The translations under genes were made by a program, and so were the position numbers. This document shows, piece by piece, positions 25,929-34,894 of a stretch of DNA of 64,000 bases. The notes below the pieces were generated by a model. It did not search any database. It saw only the letters and a program-made list of their open reading frames with translations, and had not been told where the DNA came from. The stretch lies in contig JBFWSN010000005.1 in assembly GCA_050248355.1 (NCBI GenBank), positions 37,476 through 101,475 of the forward strand. Direction: 5' to 3'. This DNA comes from Dehalococcoidia bacterium (GTDB lineage Bacteria; Chloroflexota; Dehalococcoidia; UBA2979). Numbering within the stretch: position 1 is the stretch's first letter; every line of letters begins with the position of its first letter.

Positions 25929-26864
25929 TTACCACCACAGCTTGGTGCCGACGTCCTCCTCGATGTTGTCGTAATCCTGGGTCCAGAGGCCGGACGAAAG
26001 GTACTTCCAGCCGCCGTCCGCGAGGAGACAGACGATGTGACCCTCGTCCATGCGCTCGGCCACCTTCTGGGCGGCGCGGACGGCCGCGCCGCTCGAGATG
26101 CCGGCGAAGACGCCGGCCTTCGCGGTCAACTCGCGCGTCGTACGGAACGACGTGCGGGAGTCAACGACGATGCGGCCGTCGAGGACGGACTCATCCAGGA
26201 CGGGCGGGATGTAACCCTCCTCGAGGCTGCGCAGCCCCTGCACGAGGTCGCCTGGATGGGGCGCGGCAGCGACGATGCGCACGTTCGGGTTGTGCTCCTT
26301 GAGCCGGCGGCCGACCCCGGTGAGGGTGCCGCCGGTGCCGAGGCCGGCGACGAAGACGTCGACTTCGGGGCAGTCGGCGATGATCTCCGGTGCTGTGGTC
26401 TCGTAGTGGGCACGCGGGTTGTCGCGATTTTCGTACTGGAACGGCATGAACCAGTCCGGGTGCTCGGCGTGGACCTGCCGCGCCATCTCGACGGACCCGT
26501 TGGTGCCGAGGTCGCCGGGGGAGTAGATGATCTCGGCGCCGAACGCGCGCAGGATCTCGACACGCTCCGGGCTGACGGCGTCCGGCATGACCACCTTCAC
26601 GGGGTAGCCTCGGAGCTGGCCGATCATGGCCAGGGCGATACCGGTGTTGCCGGACGTGGGCTCTAGGATGGTCTGGCCGGGACGCAGCCGCCCCTCGCGC
26701 TCCGCGGACTCGACCATGTACTTCGCGATCCGGTCCTTGACCGAGCCGGTGGGGTTCTGGCCCTCGAGCTTCACGTAGATGTGCACGGAGGGCTTCGGCG
26801 AGAGCACAGCGACCTCGACGAGCGGCGTGTTGCCGACCATGTCGAGCATGCTGCGGTAGAGCAT
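25929..26864 (-). CDS. cysM: cysteine synthase B-like (CysM, likely CysO-thiocarboxylate dependent)
   Basis: PLP fold type II: GNTPLVE...[10 protein letters not shown]...TSGNTG...GLGTGGT. Start at the internal MLYRSMLDMVGNTPLV. Lies 10 nt after the cysO stop. Confidence 0.85.
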   Translation of the reverse strand: MLYRSMLDMVGNTPLVEVAVLSPKPSVHIYVKLEGQNPTGSVKDRIAKYMVESAEREGRLRPGQTILEPTSGNTGIALAMIGQLRGYPVKVVMPDAVSPERVEILRAFGAEIIYSPGDLGTNGSVEMARQVHAEHPDWFMPFQYENRDNPRAHYETTAPEIIADCPEVDVFVAGLGTGGTLTGVGRRLKEHNPNVRIVAAAPHPGDLVQGLRSLEEGYIPPVLDESVLDGRIVVDSRTSFRTTRELTAKAGVFAGISSGAAVRAAQKVAERMDEGHIVCLLADGGWKYLSSGLWTQDYDNIEEDVGTKLWW

Positions 26865-26874
26865 CGGGTGCGTC

Positions 26875-27150
26875 CTAGCCGCCAGCGAGGGCGGGCAGGA
26901 TGGAGACCTGGTCGCCGTCCTTGAGCGCCGTGTCCGCGCCGCCGAGGTAGCGGATGTCCTCGTCATTCAGGTAGATGTTCACGAAGCGGTGGAGCTGTCC
27001 GGAGCCGTCCATGATCTGCGAGCGAAAGCCGGGGTAGCGGCGCTCGATGTCCTCAATGAGCTCGGCGACCGTCGAGCCGTCGGCGGCGAACTGACGCTGA
27101 CCGTCGACGGCCTTTTGAATCACTGACGTGACATGCACCTGCACCGACAA
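26875..27150 (-). CDS. cysO: sulfur carrier protein CysO/MoaD/ThiS family (beta-grasp, C-terminal GG)
   Basis: ...IEDIERRYPGFRSQIMDGSGQLHRFVNIYLNDEDIRYLGGADTALKDGDQVSILPALAGG*. Start is uncertain: TTG at 27150 or GTG at 27144 follows an AGAGGGGG SD. Confidence 0.75.
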   Translation of the reverse strand: MSVQVHVTSVIQKAVDGQRQFAADGSTVAELIEDIERRYPGFRSQIMDGSGQLHRFVNIYLNDEDIRYLGGADTALKDGDQVSILPALAGG

Positions 27151-27237
27151 AGCAGCCCCCTCTTCGCTGGTCGTGTCCGGCGCCGCGCGTGGCGGCGAGG
27201 TCCGGGGCGCACTACCGACGCCCCGGACCATCCTGTA

Positions 27238-28398
27238 CTAGTGGTGGGCGGCCCCCGTCGCGCCGGGCGCGACGAGCGGGGGCGAGCCGCAGAACTGGTC
27301 GTAATCGATGAGCTCCGTGACCGTCGGGTGGTCGCCGCAGAGCGGGCACTCCGGGTCACGGCGCAGCTTCATGGTGCGGAACTCCATCGTCAACGCGTCG
27401 ACGAGGAGGAGGCGCCCGACGAGGGGCTGGCCGATATCGAGCACCTGCTTGAACACCTCGGTGGCCTGGATCGAGCCGATGATGCCGGTGATCGCGCCCA
27501 GGACGCCGGCCTCTGCGCAGGACGGCACGAGGCCGGGGGGCGGCGGCGTCGGGTAGAGGCAGCGGTAGCAGCCCTGACCGGGCTTGAAGACGGTCGCCTG
27601 GCCGTCGAAGAGCAGGATGGAGCCATCGACGAGCGTCTTGCCGAGCAGGTAGCAGGCGTCGTTCACGAGGTAGCGCGTGGCGAAATTGTCCGCGCCGTTC
27701 ACGACGTAGTCGTAGTCGCGGATGATCTCCATCGCGTTGTCCGAGGTGATGGGGGCCTCATGCTGGCGCACGGTGACATGCGGGTTGTAGGCGTTCAGCG
27801 TCTCGACGGCGGACTGCATCTTCGTCTTGCCGACATCCTCGGTCTGGTGGAGCAGCTGCCGCTGGAGGTTCGAGAGGTCGACGGTGTCGAACTCGACGAT
27901 GCCGACCGTGCCCACGCCGGCGAGCGCAAGGTAGATCGCGACGGGAGAGCCGAGACCGCCCGCGCCGACGATGAGGACCTTCGCGTTGCGGAGCTTGCGC
28001 TGCCCGGTGGGCCCGACCTGGCCCATGATGATGTGCCGCGAGTAGCGCATGACTTCGTCGGGCGAGAGGGCGGCCGGGTTGCCGGCCGGCGTGTGCCCAT
28101 TCGTGGCGCCGTCGGCGTCCGGGGCGCCGCCCGCGAGCGCGGGGATGACCGCGACCTGGTCACCGTCGGCGACCGTGGTGTCCGTGCCGGAGAGGTCGTG
28201 AATTTCCTGGTTGTTCACGTAGATGTTGATGTGCGCCGGGATGGTGCGCTCGCGGTCGTAGACAAGGTTGCCGAAGCCCGGGTAGCGCTCGTCGACGGCG
28301 TCGAGCACTTCGGCGACGTTGCGGCCCTCGACCGACACATACTCATGGTTCTGCGTCAGACGCCGGAATGGCGAGGGGATGTAGACGCTCACGGCCAT
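27238..28398 (-). CDS. MoaD/CysO-like beta-grasp domain fused to an E1-like ThiF/MoeB adenylyltransferase
   Basis: Residues 1-91 form a MoaD-like domain ending ..VAVIPALAGG. A linker and the ThiF/MoeB domain follow (VLIVGAGGLGSPVAIYLALAGVG, catalytic CYRC, zinc CxxC at ECPLCG). Confidence 0.85.
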   Translation of the reverse strand: MAVSVYIPSPFRRLTQNHEYVSVEGRNVAEVLDAVDERYPGFGNLVYDRERTIPAHINIYVNNQEIHDLSGTDTTVADGDQVAVIPALAGGAPDADGATNGHTPAGNPAALSPDEVMRYSRHIIMGQVGPTGQRKLRNAKVLIVGAGGLGSPVAIYLALAGVGTVGIVEFDTVDLSNLQRQLLHQTEDVGKTKMQSAVETLNAYNPHVTVRQHEAPITSDNAMEIIRDYDYVVNGADNFATRYLVNDACYLLGKTLVDGSILLFDGQATVFKPGQGCYRCLYPTPPPPGLVPSCAEAGVLGAITGIIGSIQATEVFKQVLDIGQPLVGRLLLVDALTMEFRTMKLRRDPECPLCGDHPTVTELIDYDQFCGSPPLVAPGATGAAHH

Positions 28399-28433
28399 GG
28401 GGAAGTCCCTTTCGCTCTCGAATGCTCGATACG

Positions 28434-29372
28434 TTACAGCGCCACGCTGAGGTAGCGCTCGCCGGTATCACACAACATGGTGACGACGCGCTTGCCGGGC
28501 CCGAGGGCTTCGGCGACCTGGATTGCCGCCCAGACGTTTGCGCCGGAAGAGATGCCGACGAGCAGGCCTTCCTCGCGCGCGAGGCGCTTGGTCATCGCGT
28601 AGGCATCTTCGTCGCCCACGCTGATGATCTCGTCATACACCTCGCGGTTCAACACGCCCGGGACGAAGGAGGCGCCGATGCCCTGGATGCCATGCAGGCC
28701 GGCGCGACCGCCCTGGAGCACCGGCGCGCGGGCGGGCTCGACGGCCACGATGCGCGCGGGGACGCGCGCGTTGCGCAGCACTTCGCCTACGCCGGTGATG
28801 GTGCCGCCGGTACCGACCCCCGCGACGAAGGCGTCGAGCCGACCCTGGGTGGCCTCGACGATCTCGGGGCCGGTGGTGCGCCGGTGGATCTCGGGGTTGG
28901 CCGGATTGTCGAACTGCTGCGGCATGAAGTAGCCGCGCTCACGGGCCAGCTCCTGCGCCGTGAAGACGGCTCCAGTCATGCCCTCGATGGCCGGTGTCAG
29001 GATCAGCTCGGCGCCGAAGCGCTCGAGCAGACGACGGCGCTCGATGCTCATGTCCTCCGGCATGGTGAGGATCAGCCGGTAGCCCTTGCGGGCGCACACC
29101 ATGGCGAGGCCGATGCCGGTATTGCCGGAGGTCGGCTCGACGAGGGTGTCGCCGGGCTGGATACGGCCGGCGCGTTCCGCCTCCTCGATCATCGAGAGGG
29201 CAATGCGGTCCTTCACGGAGCCGGCCGGGTTGCGCGCCTCGAGCTTGCCGAGGACCTCGACGCCAGCCGGGGCGATGCGGCTCAGGCGCACGAGCGGCGT
29301 CGCCCCGATCAGCTCGAGGACGGAGTCCGCGATGAGCGGGGTCGCGAGGGGGTGCGCCTCCGGGACGGTCAT
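28434..29372 (-). CDS. cysK: cysteine synthase A (O-acetylserine sulfhydrylase)
   Basis: IGATPLV...[13 protein letters not shown]...[10 protein letters not shown]...GVGTGGT. Start at the internal MTVPEAHPL (cat at 29370-29372). Confidence 0.9.
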   Translation of the reverse strand: MTVPEAHPLATPLIADSVLELIGATPLVRLSRIAPAGVEVLGKLEARNPAGSVKDRIALSMIEEAERAGRIQPGDTLVEPTSGNTGIGLAMVCARKGYRLILTMPEDMSIERRRLLERFGAELILTPAIEGMTGAVFTAQELARERGYFMPQQFDNPANPEIHRRTTGPEIVEATQGRLDAFVAGVGTGGTITGVGEVLRNARVPARIVAVEPARAPVLQGGRAGLHGIQGIGASFVPGVLNREVYDEIISVGDEDAYAMTKRLAREEGLLVGISSGANVWAAIQVAEALGPGKRVVTMLCDTGERYLSVAL

Positions 29373-29388
29373 TCTGTCTCTCTCGCCT

Positions 29389-29832
29389 TCAGATCGAGTA
29401 GCTCGCGACGGCGGAGCGCAGGCGCTCGCGCTCGCGGGCGGCCAGGTCAGCCAGCGACACGGCGGCAAGCCGCGCGCGCATGTCATCGTAGATTTCGCGC
29501 CAGACCCACTGCTGGGCGCAGACGGAATGCGGCTCTCCGGAGTCGTCATCCTCGAGGCAGGGCATCGGGGCGAGCGAGCCTTCGAGGCTCTCGAGGACGT
29601 GCAGCAGACAGATCTCCTCGGGCGGCCGGGTGAGCTGATGGCCGCCGCCCGGGCCACGGGTGCTGCGCACGAACCCGTCACGGCGAAGCTGCGCGAGCAG
29701 GTGGTCGAGGTAGGACTCGGGGATGTGCTGACGGCGGGCGATCTCGGTGCGCTGCACCGGACCTTCGCTGCCGTACATGGCGAGGTCGATCAGCGCGCGC
29801 ACGCCGTAATCGCCCTTGGTACCGATGTGCAT
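29389..29832 (-). CDS. Rrf2 family transcriptional regulator (CymR/IscR-like)
   Basis: Start at the internal [18 protein letters not shown], the Rrf2 N-terminal wHTH. It lies directly downstream (same strand) of cysK and neighbours a second winged-helix gene on the other side, consistent with Cys-metabolism regulation. Confidence 0.8.
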   Translation of the reverse strand: MHIGTKGDYGVRALIDLAMYGSEGPVQRTEIARRQHIPESYLDHLLAQLRRDGFVRSTRGPGGGHQLTRPPEEICLLHVLESLEGSLAPMPCLEDDDSGEPHSVCAQQWVWREIYDDMRARLAAVSLADLAARERERLRSAVASYSI

Positions 29833-30037
29833 GCCCCGCGCCTCTAATTCACGACTAACTTGGTCAAGATCATAGCACGCGACGAGCGGCGCTGCGCTCA
29901 CCCGCATCACCGAACAGCGAACGTGATGGCGTGGACGTGCGCCGCCCGCCGGCTCGGGCGCGCATCGTGTGGCAGCGTGCGGGACGAGCGAGTAGTCTCT
30001 CCCGCACCTCAGACGCAGGCGGACGGATATCCGATTC

Positions 30038-30340
30038 ATGAATCAGCCACCGCAGTGGACGTTCCTCACCAACCATGCGCATGTCCTGCTGTGCATCGCA
30101 CGCGACCCCACGGTGCGGCTGCGCGACGTGGCGGAGGCGGTGGGGATCACAGAGCGCGCGACGCAGCGCATCGTGCAAGAGCTGGAGGCCGAGGGGTACC
30201 TCGAGCATGAGCGGGTCGGGCGGCGCAACTACTATCGCCTGCATCAGCAGCGTCCGTTGCGCCATCCGCTGGAGCGCGAACATCGGGTGGCGGAGCTGCT
30301 CGCGGCGATCGGGGCCCCGCAGCTGGCAGCAACGCCATGA
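30038..30340 (+). CDS. small winged-helix DNA-binding protein (MarR/ArsR-like)
   Basis: 100 aa: LLCIARDPTVRLRDVAEAVGITERATQRIVQELEAEGYLEHERVGRRNYY. Divergent from the Rrf2 gene. Confidence 0.5.
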   Translation: MNQPPQWTFLTNHAHVLLCIARDPTVRLRDVAEAVGITERATQRIVQELEAEGYLEHERVGRRNYYRLHQQRPLRHPLEREHRVAELLAAIGAPQLAATP

Positions 30341-30379
30341 GGGCACGCCGCCGTTAGCGAGACAACTGCGCGCGAGGCG

Positions 30380-31303
30380 TCAGTTCACCGACAGCGGTCC
30401 CGAGTCGTAGACCACGAAACGCACGTTCCCGGAGGGGAATGTGATTGCGACGTGATGGTCATTCGAGGGCGTTGTCCGCGCGGTCGCGCTGACCACCGCG
30501 CCGAGGTCGCCGTGACACGTCACCTCGATCGTCAGCGTACGTGTGGGCGTCAGGATGTCCTCGTACACGACCGTCCCAGTCTTGTCCGCTTCTTCTGACC
30601 GGTACTTGAACTTGAATGCCTGCACTGAACCGCCGCCATTAATGCCATCCGGCGGATCCCCGGGGCCCCACCTGTTCCCATCGGGCGGGTCCTTCGACCG
30701 CAGCTGGAACGACCGGTTCGTGTAGTTTTCGAGGGCAATGACGCAATGATTGAACGTAGTGTCGATGAACAGCTCGGCTTCGGTGAAGTCGTCCGCCAGT
30801 GACCCGACTTCGGCGAGACCGAGATCTTGCAGCGAACCGGGCAACTCCTCCAGTAGGTCGGCATCGAACGTCATGGTCGCGGCGGAGGGGTCGTACGTTG
30901 GGTTGGTGAGTTCGAGCGGCAGGGTGACGCGCGAGTTGCCGGCGGTCGTCGCCACCAGCGCCGCATTCGGAGGCGGAATGTCCGCCTCCCAGACGTCGGA
31001 CAGCATCCGCGCAGGATCCATGGTGCCCGCATCTCGCTCGGGCCGGTCGCTGAAGTACGTACTTCGAGGCGCAACGTCACGCAACTCCAGCGTGAAGGTC
31101 CCGTCTCCGAGGTCGCGCAGCGTCCCCCCACTCGCCGTCTGCACGAAGAGGTAGCTCCCGGGGGAGGCCGACGCCTCGGCGGTCGCCGCAGCCGGCTCGC
31201 CGTCTCCGAGGCCAAACGGGTTGGCAAGATACGTGACCAGCAACAGCCCCACCGCGACCAGCAGCAGCGCGGAGGGCAGCAGCCATCGAGCGTTAGCGCG
31301 CAT
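30380..31303 (-). CDS. secreted hypothetical protein (N-terminal signal/TM)
   Basis: 307 aa with an N-terminal hydrophobic segment (MRANARWLLPSALLLVAVGLLLVTYLA) and a balanced soluble domain. No recognised motif. Confidence 0.5.
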   Translation of the reverse strand: MRANARWLLPSALLLVAVGLLLVTYLANPFGLGDGEPAAATAEASASPGSYLFVQTASGGTLRDLGDGTFTLELRDVAPRSTYFSDRPERDAGTMDPARMLSDVWEADIPPPNAALVATTAGNSRVTLPLELTNPTYDPSAATMTFDADLLEELPGSLQDLGLAEVGSLADDFTEAELFIDTTFNHCVIALENYTNRSFQLRSKDPPDGNRWGPGDPPDGINGGGSVQAFKFKYRSEEADKTGTVVYEDILTPTRTLTIEVTCHGDLGAVVSATARTTPSNDHHVAITFPSGNVRFVVYDSGPLSVN

Positions 31304-31397
31304 CGCCGGAAAGTATAGCAGGGGTCCGGAGGCGTCCCGGAGCCGCAGCGACCCGTGCGGAGACGGCCCAGCGGCCAGGTCGGCTCACCTCCTTCGT

Positions 31398-31427
31398 TTG
31401 AGCCACGCTTCATGACCTTGGTATGCT
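31398..31427 (+). promoter_or_regulatory. putative promoter TTGAGC-N18-TATGCT
   Basis: Found in the divergent intergenic region upstream of the 31524 gene. Confidence 0.3.
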
Positions 31428-31523
31428 CGGGCACGGACGGCTGCTATGCATGTCGTGAATCACTGAGCGCTCCTCGGCGTCCGTCGTGGCGGGCGAGGTG
31501 GCGCAGACCGGAAGGATGCCCGC

Positions 31524-31817
31524 GTGCTGCACATGATCGTGAACACCCACAACCCGCAGGACTGCGTCTTCCGAGGCGACGCCGAGAGCGAGGCGATGCG
31601 AGGCGCCCTGCGGAGATTCCACGACGTGGCTCGCGAGCATGGGATCGAGCCCCAGGGGACGTGGATGAGCCGCGCGGCGCATGAGATCTTCCTGCTCGTT
31701 GAGGCGCCGAACGTGCACGCGATCGAAGGCATCCTCGTCGAGGCGGGCCTCGTGGGACTCACCCGGAGCCAGGTGCTGCCGGTGCTCCCGGCCTCAGAGG
31801 TGATCGGCGTCGGTTAA
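31524..31817 (+). CDS. small hypothetical protein (97 aa)
   Basis: MLHMIVNTHNPQDCVFRGDAESEAMRGALRRFHDVAREHGIEPQGTWMSRAAHEIFLLVEAPNVHAIEGILVEAGL. Protein-like composition, no motif recognised. Confidence 0.45.
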   Translation: MLHMIVNTHNPQDCVFRGDAESEAMRGALRRFHDVAREHGIEPQGTWMSRAAHEIFLLVEAPNVHAIEGILVEAGLVGLTRSQVLPVLPASEVIGVG

Positions 31818-32605
31818 CCTCCCAGGGCCGGGTGGTCCCAGTCCGGTTCCCGCTTCTCGAGAAACGCGCGCTTGCCCTCGATGAGGTCGGTGGAGACGGC
31901 GGAGTGCTCCACGATCTCGCGCCAGGCGACATCGAGCGCTTCGTCCAGCGGCAGGTGTTTCGTCTGCCAGAGGACGCGCGTCGCGCGCTGTACGCCCTGC
32001 GGTGACTTCGAAGCGATGATCTCCGCATAGCGGTGAGCGATTGGCATCAGCTCGGCTGCCGGTACGACCTCGGTCACGAGGCCGGCGGCAAGGGCGGTCC
32101 GCGCGTCCGTGCGGTCGCTGAGACCGAGCAGGATCATGCGCATGACCGCCATCGGCGGCAGGCGGCGGGCGTAGATCATCGGCTCCTCGAGCGGGACCAT
32201 GCCGCGGTCGACGTGGGGGTCGAAGAACGTCGCATGGTCGGCGGCGATCGCGAGCTCGCACTCGCCGATCCAGTAGGCGGCGCCGCCAGCCGCGAGGCCG
32301 TTCACGGCGACGATCACGGGCTTGTAGCACTCGTTGCCCTTCGCGGTCATGCGCGCGATCCAGGGCCGCGTGACCAGCGGATCGCCGTCGGGCGTCGCGG
32401 CGACATCGACCCCCGAGGAGAAGGCGCGGTGACCCGCCCCGGTCAGGATTGCGACGCGCACCGCCGGGTCGTCACGCACCTCGGACCAGGCGCGGCTGAG
32501 CTCGAACGACATCTGTTCGTTGAAGGCGTTCAAGCGCTCGGGGCGGTTGAGCGTGATCGTGGCGACGTGGCCGTCCCGCTCAAAGCGAATTGTCTCGAAG
32601 TCCAT
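31814..32605 (-). CDS. enoyl-CoA hydratase/isomerase (crotonase) family protein
   Basis: ITLNRPERLNAF...VAILTGAG.AFSSGVD...PVIVAVNGLAAGGA crotonase fold. Confidence 0.85.
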   Translation of the reverse strand: MDFETIRFERDGHVATITLNRPERLNAFNEQMSFELSRAWSEVRDDPAVRVAILTGAGHRAFSSGVDVAATPDGDPLVTRPWIARMTAKGNECYKPVIVAVNGLAAGGAAYWIGECELAIAADHATFFDPHVDRGMVPLEEPMIYARRLPPMAVMRMILLGLSDRTDARTALAAGLVTEVVPAAELMPIAHRYAEIIASKSPQGVQRATRVLWQTKHLPLDEALDVAWREIVEHSAVSTDLIEGKRAFLEKREPDWDHPALGG

Positions 32606-32898
32606 CGCGCACCTCCTCCGGCCCGGCGGGCAGGGATGCTAGCACGACGGCGACGCGTACTGACGGGGGGAAGGTAAGAGCGACCCGGGGTGGGCCGCTC
32701 TTGTCGTGCGCTCCGGAATCCTCGTTGGCCGCGAGCCAGGCCGAAGCCGCGGGGCGCGATGATGTTGCGCTGGATGCCACCGCGCCGCGTGGGCGCGAGT
32801 AGCGCGCTCGCCGCGCCCGTGATCTTCGCCAGTCTGTCGCGTTGGCGCGGCCGTGCGCGCAGTTCGCGTAGTCCGCGTGGTCCTTGTGCCGGCGGAGC

Positions 32899-33174
32899 CT
32901 ACCCGCCCGCCACAGCAGGGACGATGGAGACCTCGTCGCCCTCCTTAAGGGCGCTGTCGAGGCCGCTCAGGAAGCGCACGTCCTCGCCGTTCACGTACAC
33001 GTTGACGAAGCGGCGCAACGAGCCGGAGTCGTCGCACAGGCGCTCGCGCATGCCCGGAAACTCGGTCTCGAGGTGCTGAACGAGCTCACCGAGGGTCGCG
33101 CCCTGGCCGGGTACCGTGTCGCGGTCGCCGGTGAGCGTGCGCAGCGGGGTGGGGATCTTCACGTTGATGGGCAT
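32899..33174 (-). CDS. MoaD/ThiS-family sulfur carrier protein (MetO-like), C-terminal GG
   Basis: Start at the internal MPINVKIPTPLRTL...FVNVYVNGEDVRFLSGLDSALKEGDEVSIVPAVAGG*. Last gene of the operon with the ThrC-like enzyme. Confidence 0.75.
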   Translation of the reverse strand: MPINVKIPTPLRTLTGDRDTVPGQGATLGELVQHLETEFPGMRERLCDDSGSLRRFVNVYVNGEDVRFLSGLDSALKEGDEVSIVPAVAGG

Positions 33175-33209
33175 CGGTCTGCAGTCTCCGTCCGTTCGCT
33201 GATTGGGGG

Positions 33210-33455
33210 TTAACCCTCGACGACGTCGCCGAGGAGCGGGTCGACTCGTACGCCTTTGGCCTCGGCCCAATGGATGCCGCGCTCGATCTCCTCCGGCTCG
33301 CCCTCGAGCTCGAGGACGACCCAGCCGACCTGCTCGTCGACATCCGCCATCCGGATGTTGGTAACGATGCGGAACTCGTGGCCGAGCTGGTAGATGAACG
33401 GCTCCCGGATAAGCTGCGGCTCAAAGGTGAAGCGGACGCGCTTCGTGGCCATCAT
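33210..33455 (-). CDS. small NIL/ferredoxin-fold-like protein (81 aa)
   Basis: MMATKRVRFTFEPQLIREPFIYQLGHEFRIVTNIRMADVDEQVGWVVLELEGEPEEIERGIHWAEAKGVRVDPL. Its start overlaps the ThrC-like stop (ATGA), implying translational coupling. Confidence 0.5.
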   Translation of the reverse strand: MMATKRVRFTFEPQLIREPFIYQLGHEFRIVTNIRMADVDEQVGWVVLELEGEPEEIERGIHWAEAKGVRVDPLLGDVVEG

Positions 33456-34708
33456 GCACCTCCCACGCCGGCGCCGACCGCCTCGCGGCTGGCCAGCGCT
33501 TCATCGAACGAGGCCTGGTTCGCGGAGACGCGAAGCGGTGCGGTGAGCTTGCCCTGCACCGCCTCGATGGTCTTGAGGCCGCCGCCGGTGATGAAGGCGA
33601 CCGTTTCCTCGCCGCGGCGGATGGCGCCACTCTCGACGAGCCGCTTGAGGCACGCGATAGTCACGCCGCCGGCGGTCTCGGCGAAGATACCCTCCGTTTC
33701 GGCGAGGAGCTTCACGCCCTCGACGATCTCATCGTCGGTCGCGGCTTCGGACCCGCCCTGCGTCTCCTCCATCACCTTGAGTGCATAGTACCCGTCCGCG
33801 GGATTGCCGATGGCGAGTGAGCGGGCGATGGTGTTGGGCTTCTGCGGCACGAAGTTCAGCGTGTGGTTCTCGAAGGCGGTAGTGATCGGCGAACAGCCGC
33901 GCGCCTGCGCCCCCGACATGCGGGTGTGCGGCTCCTCGATGAGGCCGGCCTTGTGGAACTCCTGAAAGCCCTTCCAGATCTTGGTGAAGAGGGAGCCCGA
34001 GGCCATCGGGGACACAACGTGATCCGGGGCACGCCAGCCGAGTTGCTCGGCGACCTCGTAGGCGAGAGTACGGGATCCCTCGGCGTAATAGGGGCGGACG
34101 TTGATGTTCACGAAGGCCCACCGGCGCGAGCCGGCAACCTCGGTGCAGAGGCGGTTCACGTCGTCGTACGAACCGTCGACCATCACGAGGGTGGGGTCGT
34201 AGATCGCGCTCCCAACGACCTTGCCCTCCTCGAGGTCGTGCGGAATGAAGACGTAGGCCGGCATACCCGCAGCGGCGGCGTGCGCCGACACCGAGTTGGC
34301 GAGGTTGCCGGTGCTCGCACAGGCCATCGCCTCGAAGCCGAACTGGCGCGCACGGGCGATGGCGATGCTGACCACTCGGTCCTTGAACGACCAGGTGGGG
34401 TTCACCGTGTCGTTCTTGATCCAGAGCGTGTCGAGGCCGAGGCGCTTCGCCAGGCGGTCGGCGCGAATGAGCGGCGTGTACCCCGTGCCGAGGTCGACCC
34501 GGTAGTCCGGGTCGCACGGGAGGAAGGGCGCGTAGCGCCAGATGGTGGGCGGCCCGGCCTCGATGGAGTCACGGGAGACCGCCTCACGGATGCCCTCGAG
34601 GTCATAGGCGACTTCGAGGGGCCCGAAGCAGAACTCGCAGGAGAAGATGGGGTTGAGTGGGTACTCACGACCGCACTCGCGACAGCGCAGGGCGGATTCA
34701 AACGACAT
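33452..34708 (-). CDS. threonine-synthase-like PLP enzyme with N-terminal zinc ribbon (MetM-like candidate O-phosphohomoserine sulfhydrylase)
   Basis: 418 aa: N-terminal C-x2-C...C-x2-C ribbon and the PLP lysine motif SFKDR in a ThrC fold. Co-operonic with a MoaD-GG carrier and a NIL-like protein, and preceded by a SAM-I-like riboswitch. Confidence 0.85.
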   Translation of the reverse strand: MSFESALRCRECGREYPLNPIFSCEFCFGPLEVAYDLEGIREAVSRDSIEAGPPTIWRYAPFLPCDPDYRVDLGTGYTPLIRADRLAKRLGLDTLWIKNDTVNPTWSFKDRVVSIAIARARQFGFEAMACASTGNLANSVSAHAAAAGMPAYVFIPHDLEEGKVVGSAIYDPTLVMVDGSYDDVNRLCTEVAGSRRWAFVNINVRPYYAEGSRTLAYEVAEQLGWRAPDHVVSPMASGSLFTKIWKGFQEFHKAGLIEEPHTRMSGAQARGCSPITTAFENHTLNFVPQKPNTIARSLAIGNPADGYYALKVMEETQGGSEAATDDEIVEGVKLLAETEGIFAETAGGVTIACLKRLVESGAIRRGEETVAFITGGGLKTIEAVQGKLTAPLRVSANQASFDEALASREAVGAGVGGA

Positions 34709-34894
34709 CGTGTGGACTCCGGCGCGCCCGCTGGCGGGCGGCGTACTCGAACGCTGAGTGGTGCGTGGTGCAGGCCCGAGCCGCTAGGAGCGGTCGGGCC
34801 GTGGCATCGCCATGGCGCGCATCGAGGCGGCCCGTGCGGGCGAGGTGCTGAAGGGGCAGATGAGGTCAGTCGACATGTCTGGGGACGCCTTCGA

